From a virus, in the IMG/VR virus record IMGVR_UViG_3300032116_000013, positions 96,001-160,000 of that record: a stretch of 64,000 nucleotides of DNA, one strand, 5' to 3'. The position numbers and the translations under genes were made by a program. The notes beneath the pieces are model-generated. The model saw nothing but the letters and a program-made list of their open reading frames with translations, did not search any database and was not told the origin of the DNA. Below, piece by piece: positions 1 to 9,067 of this stretch (position 1 is the first letter of the stretch; every line of letters starts with the position of its first letter).

Positions 1-542
1 ATGTAGATGATACTCTGTTTCACACAACAGCCAGAGTCAGGGTGATGAAAGGGAAGAAGGAAGTCGCCTCTCTTTCCAACTCAGAATACAATACACATAC
101 TCTGCCTCCTGGTCACCACTATGACTTCTCAGAGTTCAGAGACGCTGAGAAGTTTGCAAGTGAATCAAAACCAATTCAGAGAATCATGACGAAGATGAAA
201 AGCCTCCACGGTAAAGGTGGCAACGTCATGATCAATACTGCAAGAGCAGACTTCGATAACAAAGAGCGTTTTCTAAATGCCTTCAGAAATCATGGCGTGG
301 ATATTGATAACATTCACGTCCATAGAGCAGGAAACATAGAAGGACCAGAGAGCGTTGCTGAAAAGAAAGCGTCAATCATACGCAACCAACTAAATAAAGG
401 TGCATACAGAAACGTATCTTTGTATGACGATAGCGAACAGAATTTGAATCATTTTCTACAGTTGAAGAAAGAATTCCCGCATATTAATTTTAATGCACAT
501 CATGTGAAGCCAGACGGAAAGGCAAAACGATATAGAGGATAA
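1..542 (+). CDS. HAD-superfamily hydrolase, 5'-truncated by window edge
   Basis: The frame of the 42..542 ORF is open to the window start and reads (D)VDDTLFHT, the HAD motif I DxDxT. YDDSEQN matches motif IV. Confidence 0.7.
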   Translation, partial: VDDTLFHTTARVRVMKGKKEVASLSNSEYNTHTLPPGHHYDFSEFRDAEKFASESKPIQRIMTKMKSLHGKGGNVMINTARADFDNKERFLNAFRNHGVDIDNIHVHRAGNIEGPESVAEKKASIIRNQLNKGAYRNVSLYDDSEQNLNHFLQLKKEFPHINFNAHHVKPDGKAKRYRG

Positions 543-546
543 ACTT

Positions 547-864
547 GTGCCAACATATGAATTTGTGAATACGAAAACTAAGAAGATCGAAGAACATGTT
601 ATGTCTATCAATGCCTATGATCAATTCAAGGCAGACAATCCTCACCTAGAAAGATATTACAGCGACGCGCCAGCACTCAGTTATTCAGGAACTGGAGACT
701 TCAGTGGTAAGAAAACCGATGGCGGCTGGAAAGAAATGATGCATAAGATCGCTGAGCAAAATCCAAGAAGCCCACTTGCAGATAAAGTCTTGAGAAAAGA
801 TACAAAGCGTGTCAAGACTGATCAAGTTTTAGAAAAACACATCAAGAAGAAAGCCGCCAAATAG
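547..864 (+). CDS. Conserved T4-like hypothetical protein (FmdB-like MPTYEF N-terminus, no Cys ligands)
   Basis: MPTYEFVNTKT start and DGGWKEMMHKIAE motif; GTG start after GAGGA. Confidence 0.55.
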   Translation: MPTYEFVNTKTKKIEEHVMSINAYDQFKADNPHLERYYSDAPALSYSGTGDFSGKKTDGGWKEMMHKIAEQNPRSPLADKVLRKDTKRVKTDQVLEKHIKKKAAK

Positions 865-881
865 GTGGAAGAGAGGCACTT

Positions 882-1634
882 TTGAGCAAGAAAAAAGGTT
901 CTAACACTGTAATAGAATTTACAGAAACTACAGAAAAGAAACCTGCTCGAATCAAGGCAGCAGAACTAAAGAAGTTTGATCCTCTAACAGAGAATCAATC
1001 TAAATTTTTCGAAGCCTACAAACGTGGTGACTATTTCGTAATGCTTTGCGGTTCAGCGGGAACTGGTAAGTCATTCATTGCAACATACAAAGCACTAGAA
1101 GAAGTTCTAGATAAATCATCATCCTTTCACAGAGTTGTCATTGTACGCTCCGCAGTGCAGTCAAGAGATCTTGGCTTCACACCTGGATCGGTTGAAGAAA
1201 AGATGAGTCTCTATGAACAACCATACATGCAAATTTGTCACACGCTATTCGGTCGTCGTGACGCCTATGAAGCACTGAAAGAATGCGGTCGTATTGAATT
1301 CATTTCTACAAGTTTCATTCGCGGTATGAGTTTCGACGATGCCGTTATTATTGTAGACGAATGTCAAAACATGACGTTCGAAGAATTGTCTACAATTATG
1401 ACAAGAGTTGGCTATCGTTCCAAGATTATTTTCTGTGGTGATTACAAGCAAACGGATCTATACAGAAATAACAAGGATAAGAGTGGACTCAAAAAGTTCC
1501 ATGAAATTGCTAAAATGATGCAGTCGTTCACCAATATTGAGTTTACAACGGATGATATTGTGCGCTCAAGTATTGTAAAAGACTTCTTGATTGCGGTTGA
1601 GAGATACGAAAAATTGTCAGAAAATAATACTTGA
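882..1634 (+). CDS. phoH: PhoH-like ATPase
   Basis: Walker A GSAGTGKS, then RSAVQSRDLGFTPG, FIRGMSF, IVDECQN and GDYKQTDL motifs. Confidence 0.93.
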   Translation: MSKKKGSNTVIEFTETTEKKPARIKAAELKKFDPLTENQSKFFEAYKRGDYFVMLCGSAGTGKSFIATYKALEEVLDKSSSFHRVVIVRSAVQSRDLGFTPGSVEEKMSLYEQPYMQICHTLFGRRDAYEALKECGRIEFISTSFIRGMSFDDAVIIVDECQNMTFEELSTIMTRVGYRSKIIFCGDYKQTDLYRNNKDKSGLKKFHEIAKMMQSFTNIEFTTDDIVRSSIVKDFLIAVERYEKLSENNT

Positions 1635-1659
1635 CTTTTGCTTGACAATACGTTATAAT
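1631..1659 (+). promoter_or_regulatory. sigma70-type early promoter
   Basis: TTGACT, 17-nt spacer, TATAAT, lying 17 nt upstream of the exonuclease ATG. Confidence 0.8.
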
Positions 1660-1676
1660 AACTATGTGCCTTTGTA

Positions 1677-2369
1677 ATGAGTAATTCTATGTTTAATCAT
1701 ATACACCATGACTTCCCGAAACTGATTCAAGAAAACTTGGATGGTACTCGAGTTTATGTTACACCGACTGGAGAAAAGTATCCGTCAGTGACTACTGTTC
1801 TTGCTGAACATGGCAAGGAAGCAATTCTTGAATGGCGCAAGAGAGTTGGTGAAGAGAATGCCAATAAGATTTCTCGTCAGGCTACCACTCGCGGCACTGG
1901 TGTTCACAAAGCCATTGAGACTTATCTAAAGAACGAAGATATCTCTCAACTTGAAATGATGCCCAATGTCAAGTCTCTATTCTATCGTATGAAGAAAGAA
2001 CTTGATGGTAGAGTTAACAATATTCACTGCTTGGAAGAGAAATTGTTTTCTCACAATCTAAAACTTGCTGGAACGGTTGACTGTGTGGCTGAACATGACG
2101 GCGTTCTTTCAGTCATTGACTTCAAGACTTCCATTCGTCTCAAGAAGAAAGAGAACATCGGTGGATACTTTATGCAGGGTGTTGCTTACGCAAAGATGTT
2201 TAGTGAAATGACAGATCTAGAGATCAATAAAATTGTCATTCTCATCGGCGTTGATATGGCAGACTTTTGCCAAACGCTGGTGATCAAGAAAGAAGACTTT
2301 GGGCATCACGAAGAATTGCTACAGAGTTACATTGATAAATATCACAAGAATAACTTGTCTTTGGTTTGA
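1677..2369 (+). CDS. PD-(D/E)XK exonuclease (T4-like, Cas4/RecB-type fold)
   Basis: YPSVTTVL, RGTGVH, E...LAGTVDCVAE and IDFKTS...Y..Q..AYA motifs. Confidence 0.88.
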   Translation: MSNSMFNHIHHDFPKLIQENLDGTRVYVTPTGEKYPSVTTVLAEHGKEAILEWRKRVGEENANKISRQATTRGTGVHKAIETYLKNEDISQLEMMPNVKSLFYRMKKELDGRVNNIHCLEEKLFSHNLKLAGTVDCVAEHDGVLSVIDFKTSIRLKKKENIGGYFMQGVAYAKMFSEMTDLEINKIVILIGVDMADFCQTLVIKKEDFGHHEELLQSYIDKYHKNNLSLV

Positions 2370-2383
2370 TAGGAGAGTATAAT

Positions 2384-2551
2384 ATGGATCTGCCAATTAA
2401 TGTTGATGAACTTCGTGAAGTGGTTGTCGCTCTAGAGGTCAAGGGTGATAATCTTGAACTTGCTGATCGTTTGAAACTTGTGTGTCGCTTGGCTGAAGAA
2501 GGAAAGCCATACAAGAGAATCCTTCGTGAAGAATATGGGATTGTAGCCTAA
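2384..2551 (+). CDS. Small hypothetical protein
   Basis: AGGAG RBS before ATG 2384; stop overlaps the next start. Confidence 0.6.
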   Translation: MDLPINVDELREVVVALEVKGDNLELADRLKLVCRLAEEGKPYKRILREEYGIVA

Positions 2552-3105
2552 TGAAAGGGACTCTAATTTTTATTGGTGTATGCATTATTGCATTCTTTCT
2601 AGGAATCTATAATGTATATGTGAACAACAAGGAACGTTATGGCTCTTATTCTGCAGCAGTTGAAGAAACATTTTCAACTAGCAAAAAGATAGCAACAGAT
2701 GAAATCAATCCCATTGATGACTTTAAGGAAGCCAATCAAAAGTATAACAGCGAAGTTGGCGATATGCAGGAAACTCACTGCAACGACAATAAAGTTGTGA
2801 GTATTATCGTTGATCCATTGACTGAGGACTTTAAGGCTGAAGTTGCTCCTCTCGGTTTTATGGAATATGATAGAACAATGACACAATTAGGACGTGTTTT
2901 GAGTAAGCACTCGAACACTAAAGGCGCAGATAACATCACAAAATGTCGAATGGAAGTTTCTTTTGTATTTGTAGACAGCAGAGATTTCAGTAATTATGCA
3001 TATCGTGTGACCATTGAATATGATGTTCATAACTATTGGGAAACTGTATACCCAGAGAAAACTACGCTGACTGGATTTAACATTAATTCTATAGATACCT
3101 TTTAA
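2551..3105 (+). CDS. Hypothetical protein with N-terminal membrane anchor
   Basis: Hydrophobic LIFIGVCIIAFFLGIY segment at the N-terminus. Confidence 0.55.
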   Translation: MKGTLIFIGVCIIAFFLGIYNVYVNNKERYGSYSAAVEETFSTSKKIATDEINPIDDFKEANQKYNSEVGDMQETHCNDNKVVSIIVDPLTEDFKAEVAPLGFMEYDRTMTQLGRVLSKHSNTKGADNITKCRMEVSFVFVDSRDFSNYAYRVTIEYDVHNYWETVYPEKTTLTGFNINSIDTF

Positions 3106-3115
3106 GGAGAACAAA

Positions 3116-3274
3116 ATGTCACAAACAAATCAAGCACAATGTCGCTGCGGTCGCAGTCCAACAGGCACCTGTAATGGAATGCACTCAATGACGAATGAAC
3201 AATATCAGAAGTATCTTCAAGAACAAATGAAGAGTTTGAATGAGCAAACAAAGCCACAGTTTTTGGTTGATTGA
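3116..3274 (+). CDS. 52-aa CDGSH-like (3Cys-1His) miniprotein, not in the ORF track
   Basis: AAGGAG RBS; my translation is MSQTNQAQCRCGRSPTGTCNGMHSMTNEQYQKYLQEQMKSLNEQTKPQFLVD. Confidence 0.65.
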   Translation: MSQTNQAQCRCGRSPTGTCNGMHSMTNEQYQKYLQEQMKSLNEQTKPQFLVD

Positions 3275-3291
3275 TAAAGGAGTTTTATTAT

Positions 3292-3861
3292 ATGGATTAT
3301 TTTGATATGGATGATGTAGCGTTACCGACAGTTCTCCCAGCAGTTGTGTTCAAGACACGAGTGCGCGATGAGTCTGTTGGCGGACCGAACCCATACCGAT
3401 GGCAGGATGTATCATCGTATGACTATTTCGGTGGCAAGCGTGTTGTAATTTTTTCACTTCCTGGTGCATTCACACCGACTTGTTCGACAATGCAACTTCC
3501 TGGCTTTGAAGAAAAGTATGACGTGTTTCGTATGTTTGGAATTGATGAAATCTACTGCGTGTCAGTGAACGATGCATTTGTGATGAATGCTTGGGCGAAG
3601 GCTCAGAACATTCAGAACGTAAAGGTCATTCCTGACGGTAGTGAGAAATTCACACGTGCGATGCGCATGCTTGTTGATAAGGACAACCTTGGGTTTGGAT
3701 TCCGTTCATGGCGTTATGCGGTTGTTGCCAACAACGGCACCATTGAGAAGTGGTTCGTTGAGCCAGGCAAGGAGCATAACTGTGCGACTGATCCGTATGG
3801 TGAGACTTCGCCTGAGAATATTTTGACTTATTTGAGGTCAGAACATTTGAAGACACTTTGA
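3292..3861 (+). CDS. Peroxiredoxin (Prx5/redoxin family)
   Basis: FSLPGAFTPTCS active-site motif, CVSVNDAFVMNAW and RSWRYA; AAGGAG RBS supports ATG 3292. Confidence 0.92.
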   Translation: MDYFDMDDVALPTVLPAVVFKTRVRDESVGGPNPYRWQDVSSYDYFGGKRVVIFSLPGAFTPTCSTMQLPGFEEKYDVFRMFGIDEIYCVSVNDAFVMNAWAKAQNIQNVKVIPDGSEKFTRAMRMLVDKDNLGFGFRSWRYAVVANNGTIEKWFVEPGKEHNCATDPYGETSPENILTYLRSEHLKTL

Positions 3862-3876
3862 ATAAATAAGAACTAA

Positions 3877-4193
3877 TGGTTGTAAACTGACGACTAAAGG
3901 TGTTTCGGACGTGGGTTCGACTCCCACCTTCTCCACCAAAAGCATACTCGCCATCCCTCTACGATGGTCTCGCAAAGTCTTCCTAGGAGATGAGATAGTT
4001 GCAAGTAGTATGCTCCTGATGGGGAAGAAATGGCTTCGACGGGGCAAGTAATAAACCGACAGCAACCAGTGAGGCGACTGACTTAATCAGCGCAAAACTA
4101 GTAAACGCAAACGATGATGTTTACGACATGGCTCTTGCTGCTTAATAGCAGTATAAGAATACCAGAGTTGACCACTTGGTAACAGAAAGGTCA
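3877..4193 (+). ncRNA. ssrA: Circularly permuted (two-piece) tmRNA
   Basis: T-arm GTGGG-TTCGACT-CCCAC and acceptor CTTCTCCACCA (ends 3938) come before the 5' end GGGGAAG...TTCGAC (4021). The stem has a G3:U70 pair. Tag 4107-4145 reads ANDDVYDMALAA*. Confidence 0.92.
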
Positions 4194-4195
4194 GG

Positions 4196-4223
4196 AGGGT
4201 GGGGTAACACCCACCCTTTTTTT
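4196..4223 (+). terminator. Rho-independent terminator after tmRNA
   Basis: AGGGTGGG-gtaaca-CCCACCCT followed by a T run. Confidence 0.85.
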
Positions 4224-4236
4224 GGAGAATAAATTT

Positions 4237-4929
4237 ATGAAGATTAATTTTGCTATAGCGACAAATAAAAAATTTGAGAATTTAACCGTCCCAGTGATTT
4301 TGACTTCACTTATTAATAATGGCATTGAATCAGATTTAATCCATGTATTTTCTGCTGGCTATGAGCAGTATGAATACATTAGCACAAAATATTGTCATTA
4401 TCACAAACTAGATCATAACTCTTTCGAGTACAGTCCACTTATTACAATTGTTGAAAGACAATTAGAATCAGAATATTGGTTTCTTATACATGATACTTGC
4501 CAAGTAGGTCCTAGATTTAAATCTATTGTATATTCAATACCAGAAAGTAAACCTGAAAAACTTGCTCTAACTGTAACTCCATCTATGTCTATAGGATCGT
4601 ATAGATATGATTATTTGATGACTGATGAAGTTAAAAACAAACTTTTGGCTATAAAGAATACAGACTATTCTGAAAAATCTATGACTGACTGGAAATTCTG
4701 GGGAGTTGATGCAGAGGATTACATTCTGCATAAAACTGCCCCGCCAGCGCAGTACTATAGTCCAGAACTATTGCGACCGCATGGTCAAGACTTCGTAGTT
4801 GTAGACTATAATAATTGGTATGGAACTAACGTCACCAGAAGAACTGAATATTTCAGATCTATGGATCTTTATAAAAATAAATCTAACTGGGTCCTTAAAA
4901 AACCAGAAGAGTATATTCGCGATCTTTAA
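4237..4929 (+). CDS. Putative glycosyltransferase-like protein
   Basis: GGAG RBS; YWFLIHDT resembles a GT-A DxD-type strand; sits in a sugar-enzyme cluster. Confidence 0.4.
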   Translation: MKINFAIATNKKFENLTVPVILTSLINNGIESDLIHVFSAGYEQYEYISTKYCHYHKLDHNSFEYSPLITIVERQLESEYWFLIHDTCQVGPRFKSIVYSIPESKPEKLALTVTPSMSIGSYRYDYLMTDEVKNKLLAIKNTDYSEKSMTDWKFWGVDAEDYILHKTAPPAQYYSPELLRPHGQDFVVVDYNNWYGTNVTRRTEYFRSMDLYKNKSNWVLKKPEEYIRDL

Positions 4930-4931
4930 AA

Positions 4932-5891
4932 ATGAAAATTGCAATTATAGGCGGAGGTTGGATTGGTTGTCACCTAGCATCTAAATTGATGTCCAATCAC
5001 AGCGTAAAAATTTTTGAGCAAAAAGATAAACTGTTTACTCAGACTTCATATAACAATCAAAATAGATTACATCTAGGTTATCACTATCCTAGAAATTTTA
5101 AAACTAGACAGTTGTGTAAAGAAACATATGATAAGTTTCTGAGGGACTATGGGCAATTTACCAATCACATTGATAGAAATTATTATTGTGTTCCAGAAAA
5201 TTCTAACATAGACTTTGAGACGTATCTGCAAATTTTTGATCATGATGTTTACATTGTCAATAGTGGTTTGTTAAATATTGAAGGCGCCATAAACACAAAA
5301 GAAAGGCATATTGATTTTTATGCAATTCACCAGCATTTCAATAAAACCTTAAAAGACATATTCGTCCAAGAAAACATAGACAATTCTAGCGATTTGTCTA
5401 ACAGTTTTGATTTAGTTTTGAATTGTACCAATAATTTTTTGAGTCCATCTAAAAATAGTTATTATGAGTTGACTCTCACTTTGATATACGATAGAATAAA
5501 GTCGTCAACTTTTGATTCTATAACTTTAGTTGATGGAGACTTTTTCTCAATCTACCCTTATCAAAAAAACAAATATACCTTAACTGATGTAGAACATACA
5601 CCCTTAAAAGTTTTCAGTTCAATTGAAGAATTGCATTCGTTTGAATTTACAACAGAAATGTTAGACGAAAAGAAAAATCTAATGGAATCCAAGGTAAAAT
5701 ATTATTATCCAGAATTTAATAGTCATTTTAGATACCATGGATTTTTTCTATCAACTAAGTCTAAAACTGTTAATAGTTCAGCTAACAGATATCCTGTGAT
5801 TCAACAAAACGAAAATGTTATTTCGTGTTTTACTGGAAAAATACAAGGAATCTATCCTATAGAAAATTTTATAACTAGAATTATATCATGA
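4932..5891 (+). CDS. FAD-dependent oxidoreductase (DAO-like)
   Basis: IAIIGGGWIG Rossmann motif, SYNNQNRLHLGYHYPR and C-terminal FTGKI. Confidence 0.85.
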   Translation: MKIAIIGGGWIGCHLASKLMSNHSVKIFEQKDKLFTQTSYNNQNRLHLGYHYPRNFKTRQLCKETYDKFLRDYGQFTNHIDRNYYCVPENSNIDFETYLQIFDHDVYIVNSGLLNIEGAINTKERHIDFYAIHQHFNKTLKDIFVQENIDNSSDLSNSFDLVLNCTNNFLSPSKNSYYELTLTLIYDRIKSSTFDSITLVDGDFFSIYPYQKNKYTLTDVEHTPLKVFSSIEELHSFEFTTEMLDEKKNLMESKVKYYYPEFNSHFRYHGFFLSTKSKTVNSSANRYPVIQQNENVISCFTGKIQGIYPIENFITRIIS

Positions 5892-6940
5892 ACGAAGAAA
5901 CCTTAAAAAAAATATTTTTACAATATTTACGCAGAGAACCAGAAGAGAACGAATACGTTTATCATTTGAATAGAAATATTCGGGTGGAAGATTTTATTGA
6001 GGAAATAAAAAATTGTTCCGAGAGAACACTTCTTTTGGATAAACATAAACATGGAGACGGTCGTCCGTTTTCTATTGCTATTCTTTTATCTGGTCATGTC
6101 AGAAATTTAAATATAGTAAATGGTATTCTGCGCAAAATAGTAGAGGCGCATGACGTTGATATTTTTGTGTTTGCTTGGGATCAGATTGGGATGAAAGGAA
6201 CAGAAAAAGATGTCAGTAAGAATACTCAAAGAAAACTAATAGAACTTAAATTGCAAGAAATACCTAATTTGACTGCATACAAAATAGAGAACAATGCAGA
6301 TTTTGTTGAGAATAATTACAGCGAAAAAATTACATATTTTAATCATTCTTCCCCAGAAGTATTCATTAAATCTCAGTTGTATGCTATTCAACAGTCATAT
6401 AAACTGATGGAAGAACATGCTAAAAAAGAAAATAAACAATATGACCTAGTCATTAAGGCTAGAATGGATTTAAAGTTTTCTTCTTTTATAGTTGATTTAG
6501 AATTATTAGAAGATATAAAAAAGAAAATAATTTTTGTCCCAAACTCAGACATTTCGCACACTCACCCAGATCATGGAACTAGTTGCTGGGCTTGTGATAA
6601 AATGTATTACAAACATAAATTTAAATATCCGCACGTTTTTGACCACACTAATGTTGTATGTGATCTATTTGCTTATGGTAGCATGAGTTCTATGAAAGAA
6701 TATTGTTCTATGTTCGAGCACTACGATAGAATTAATCAAGAATATTCTGAAAAAAATCTAAAGATTTTAAAAGAAAACGATGATCTAAAAACTGTATTCA
6801 GAAATAATGTTTACATGGTGACCGATCACGTACAAGCATTATACTATGTAAACTGTTCATTCCCAGAAAGAATATTAACAACTTTACTCAAAGATTACAT
6901 GCTACCAGAATCTAGAAAAGTTCAAATGTACATGGAATAA
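5888..6940 (+). CDS. Hypothetical glycan-related protein, possible DUF4214-like N-terminal helical domain
   Basis: IAILLSGHVR...SQLYAI...YDLVIKARMDL...CDLFAYG pattern recalls capsule/LPS-locus proteins; N-terminal YLRREPE motif. Confidence 0.45.
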   Translation: MNEETLKKIFLQYLRREPEENEYVYHLNRNIRVEDFIEEIKNCSERTLLLDKHKHGDGRPFSIAILLSGHVRNLNIVNGILRKIVEAHDVDIFVFAWDQIGMKGTEKDVSKNTQRKLIELKLQEIPNLTAYKIENNADFVENNYSEKITYFNHSSPEVFIKSQLYAIQQSYKLMEEHAKKENKQYDLVIKARMDLKFSSFIVDLELLEDIKKKIIFVPNSDISHTHPDHGTSCWACDKMYYKHKFKYPHVFDHTNVVCDLFAYGSMSSMKEYCSMFEHYDRINQEYSEKNLKILKENDDLKTVFRNNVYMVTDHVQALYYVNCSFPERILTTLLKDYMLPESRKVQMYME

Positions 6941-6941
6941 T

Positions 6942-7697
6942 ATGAAAATTTTAGTAGGAAACACTGGATTAATTGGAAAAACATTAGTCAATTCTATAGA
7001 CTTCGACTTATGTTTTAATAGTTCTAATATCCATGAGTTCGAATCAAAAGTTCAGAATAATTCAGAGATTTATCTATCCTGTTTACCTGCAACTAAATGG
7101 CTTATCAATCAAAATCTTCGAAAAGATATCGAGAATATTAATAAAATTATTCAAATAATCGCTACTAAAAACTATTCTAAGGTCACATTGTTTTCAACCA
7201 TAGACGTATACAATAGTTCTCCTCTTAGAGTAAATGAGGAATATAGCCCTAACATAAAAAAATTAAGTTATGGCGAAAATAGATACTTTTTTGAATTGTT
7301 AATTACTGAATTTATAAAAACCGACAGATTATGCATTTTTAGATTACCCGCATTATTTAATAGATTCATCAAAAAAAATATACTGTTCGATCTATTAAAT
7401 AATAACAATGTTGAACAAATAAATATCAACTCTGCATATCAATGGTACAACCTAAATAATCTACACAAAGATATTGACTTTTTTAGCAATGGGTATAATT
7501 ATCGTACTGTGTTCAATCTATTCCCAGAACCAGTCGAGACTGCAGAAATAATTAAATTATTTCCAGAGTATAGTAAATTTACTAACTCTAAAAGAGTTGA
7601 ATACGATTATACCACTGTGTTTAACACGTATCTTCATTCTAAAGAAGAATCATTAAATCAAATTAAGGATTTTATAAGTGAATCTCGCAGTAAGTAG
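6942..7697 (+). CDS. NAD(P)-dependent epimerase/dehydratase-like protein
   Basis: LVGNTGLIG, STIDVY, YGENR and FRLPALF extended-SDR-like motifs. Confidence 0.75.
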   Translation: MKILVGNTGLIGKTLVNSIDFDLCFNSSNIHEFESKVQNNSEIYLSCLPATKWLINQNLRKDIENINKIIQIIATKNYSKVTLFSTIDVYNSSPLRVNEEYSPNIKKLSYGENRYFFELLITEFIKTDRLCIFRLPALFNRFIKKNILFDLLNNNNVEQININSAYQWYNLNNLHKDIDFFSNGYNYRTVFNLFPEPVETAEIIKLFPEYSKFTNSKRVEYDYTTVFNTYLHSKEESLNQIKDFISESRSK

Positions 7698-8466
7698 TCT
7701 GGCGTGGGATCAATCTAACGAAAGGCAAATGTTTGATTTCTTTGAAAAATCAAATATATCCCAAGTAGAGATAGTATTTAATAAAATAAAACCATGGGAT
7801 AGTTTAACTGAAGAAGACGTTTTGAGGTATAGACAAAAATTAGACTATCATGGATTAAAGGCTATATCAGCGCAATCTATATTTTTTGGAACTAATATAG
7901 AATTAACTGATAAAGAACAAATAAAAAACCACTTTGACAAACTGATAAATTATTCTAAAATTATCGGATTAGATTATTTGGTTTTCGGTTCACCTAAAAT
8001 GAGAAAAGGCGCGTCAGAGGATGTCAGAGAAACTCTTAATGCAATAGATTCATTGTTGGATGGAACAAGAATAAAGTTACTCTTAGAACCTAATGCCAGA
8101 AATTATGGTGGCAATTATTGGTTCAATGTTAAAGAAATTGTACAATTTTTAGGCGACAAGTATTGCAATATTAGCACAATGCTTGACTTACACAATGTTT
8201 TATTAGAGAATAGAAACGAGCACGAAGATTTTATCGAATACATGGACAAAATTGATCATATCCATGTATCTGAAGTTAATTTAGGTTTACTAACCAATTT
8301 TGATAGACACGAGAAGTTTGCAGAGACTCTTAGAAAATTTCATTATCAAAAAACTATATCATATGAAGTTTTAAAGGCTGATGGAATGATTGAAAGTATC
8401 AATAATTTTTCAAGGATATATAAAAATGAGCAACCTAAATCTAGTAAACACTCTAAATCGCATTGA
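7678..8466 (+). CDS. Sugar phosphate isomerase/epimerase (xylose-isomerase-like TIM barrel)
   Basis: LVFGSPKMR, LLEPN, MLDLHN, HIHVSE and SYEV metal-binding pattern. Confidence 0.8.
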   Translation: MNLAVSSLAWDQSNERQMFDFFEKSNISQVEIVFNKIKPWDSLTEEDVLRYRQKLDYHGLKAISAQSIFFGTNIELTDKEQIKNHFDKLINYSKIIGLDYLVFGSPKMRKGASEDVRETLNAIDSLLDGTRIKLLLEPNARNYGGNYWFNVKEIVQFLGDKYCNISTMLDLHNVLLENRNEHEDFIEYMDKIDHIHVSEVNLGLLTNFDRHEKFAETLRKFHYQKTISYEVLKADGMIESINNFSRIYKNEQPKSSKHSKSH

Positions 8467-9061
8467 GAACTACTTTGATCGCAATCATAATTTGTTTTTG
8501 AAATTTGGTTTTTTATTTTCGGTATTCTTTTTTGGATTGTTTGTTCCACATCAAATGATCACAAAATTGTCTGCGGAGATTAGAGCACAGGAACAAGCAA
8601 ACAGTATTCTAACTTCGCAAGTCCGTGACATGAGTACACAGGTAGAGTTTCTCAATCTATCCTATGAAAAGCAAAAGCGAGTTCGCACTGAAGTCGAATG
8701 TCTAGCAAAGAACATTTACTTCGAGGCAGGATCAGAACCACGCGCAGGTAAAATTGCTGTTGCTGAAGTGACGATGAATCGCGTTCGCAGTAAGCAATTC
8801 CCGAAGACTGTTTGCGGTGTAGTGTATCAGCGTCATGGTAAGACTTGCCAGTTCTCTTGGGTCTGTCAGAATAAAATGGCAATTCGATCCAATCACACTT
8901 GGAATGAATCATACAAGATTGCTGAAAATATTTTGATTTTGAAGAAGCGATACGGTATAATTGGATCTGCTAAGTATTTCCACGCAGACTACGTTGAACC
9001 GACTTGGGCTGCTGAAAAGCAAATCGTGATGCAAATTGGTCAGCATATCTTTTATCATTGA
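8426..9061 (+). CDS. SleB/Hydrolase_2 cell-wall hydrolase with N-terminal TM and coiled coil
   Basis: CLAKNIYFEAGSE, AVAEVTMNRV...FPKTVCGVVYQ, CQFSW, YFHADYV and IGQHIFY. Confidence 0.9.
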   Translation: MSNLNLVNTLNRIENYFDRNHNLFLKFGFLFSVFFFGLFVPHQMITKLSAEIRAQEQANSILTSQVRDMSTQVEFLNLSYEKQKRVRTEVECLAKNIYFEAGSEPRAGKIAVAEVTMNRVRSKQFPKTVCGVVYQRHGKTCQFSWVCQNKMAIRSNHTWNESYKIAENILILKKRYGIIGSAKYFHADYVEPTWAAEKQIVMQIGQHIFYH

Positions 9062-9067
9062 GGCTTT

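Noticed and set aside
1677-2369. Cas4 gene implying a CRISPR-related system
   Set aside because: No four-Cys Fe-S ligand set, array or other cas genes are present; it matches the ordinary T4-like exonuclease next to phoH.
3905-3938. tRNA-like T-arm and CCA end as a stand-alone tRNA
   Set aside because: There is no D or anticodon arm upstream, and the matching acceptor 5' strand lies downstream at 4021, so it belongs to the permuted tmRNA.
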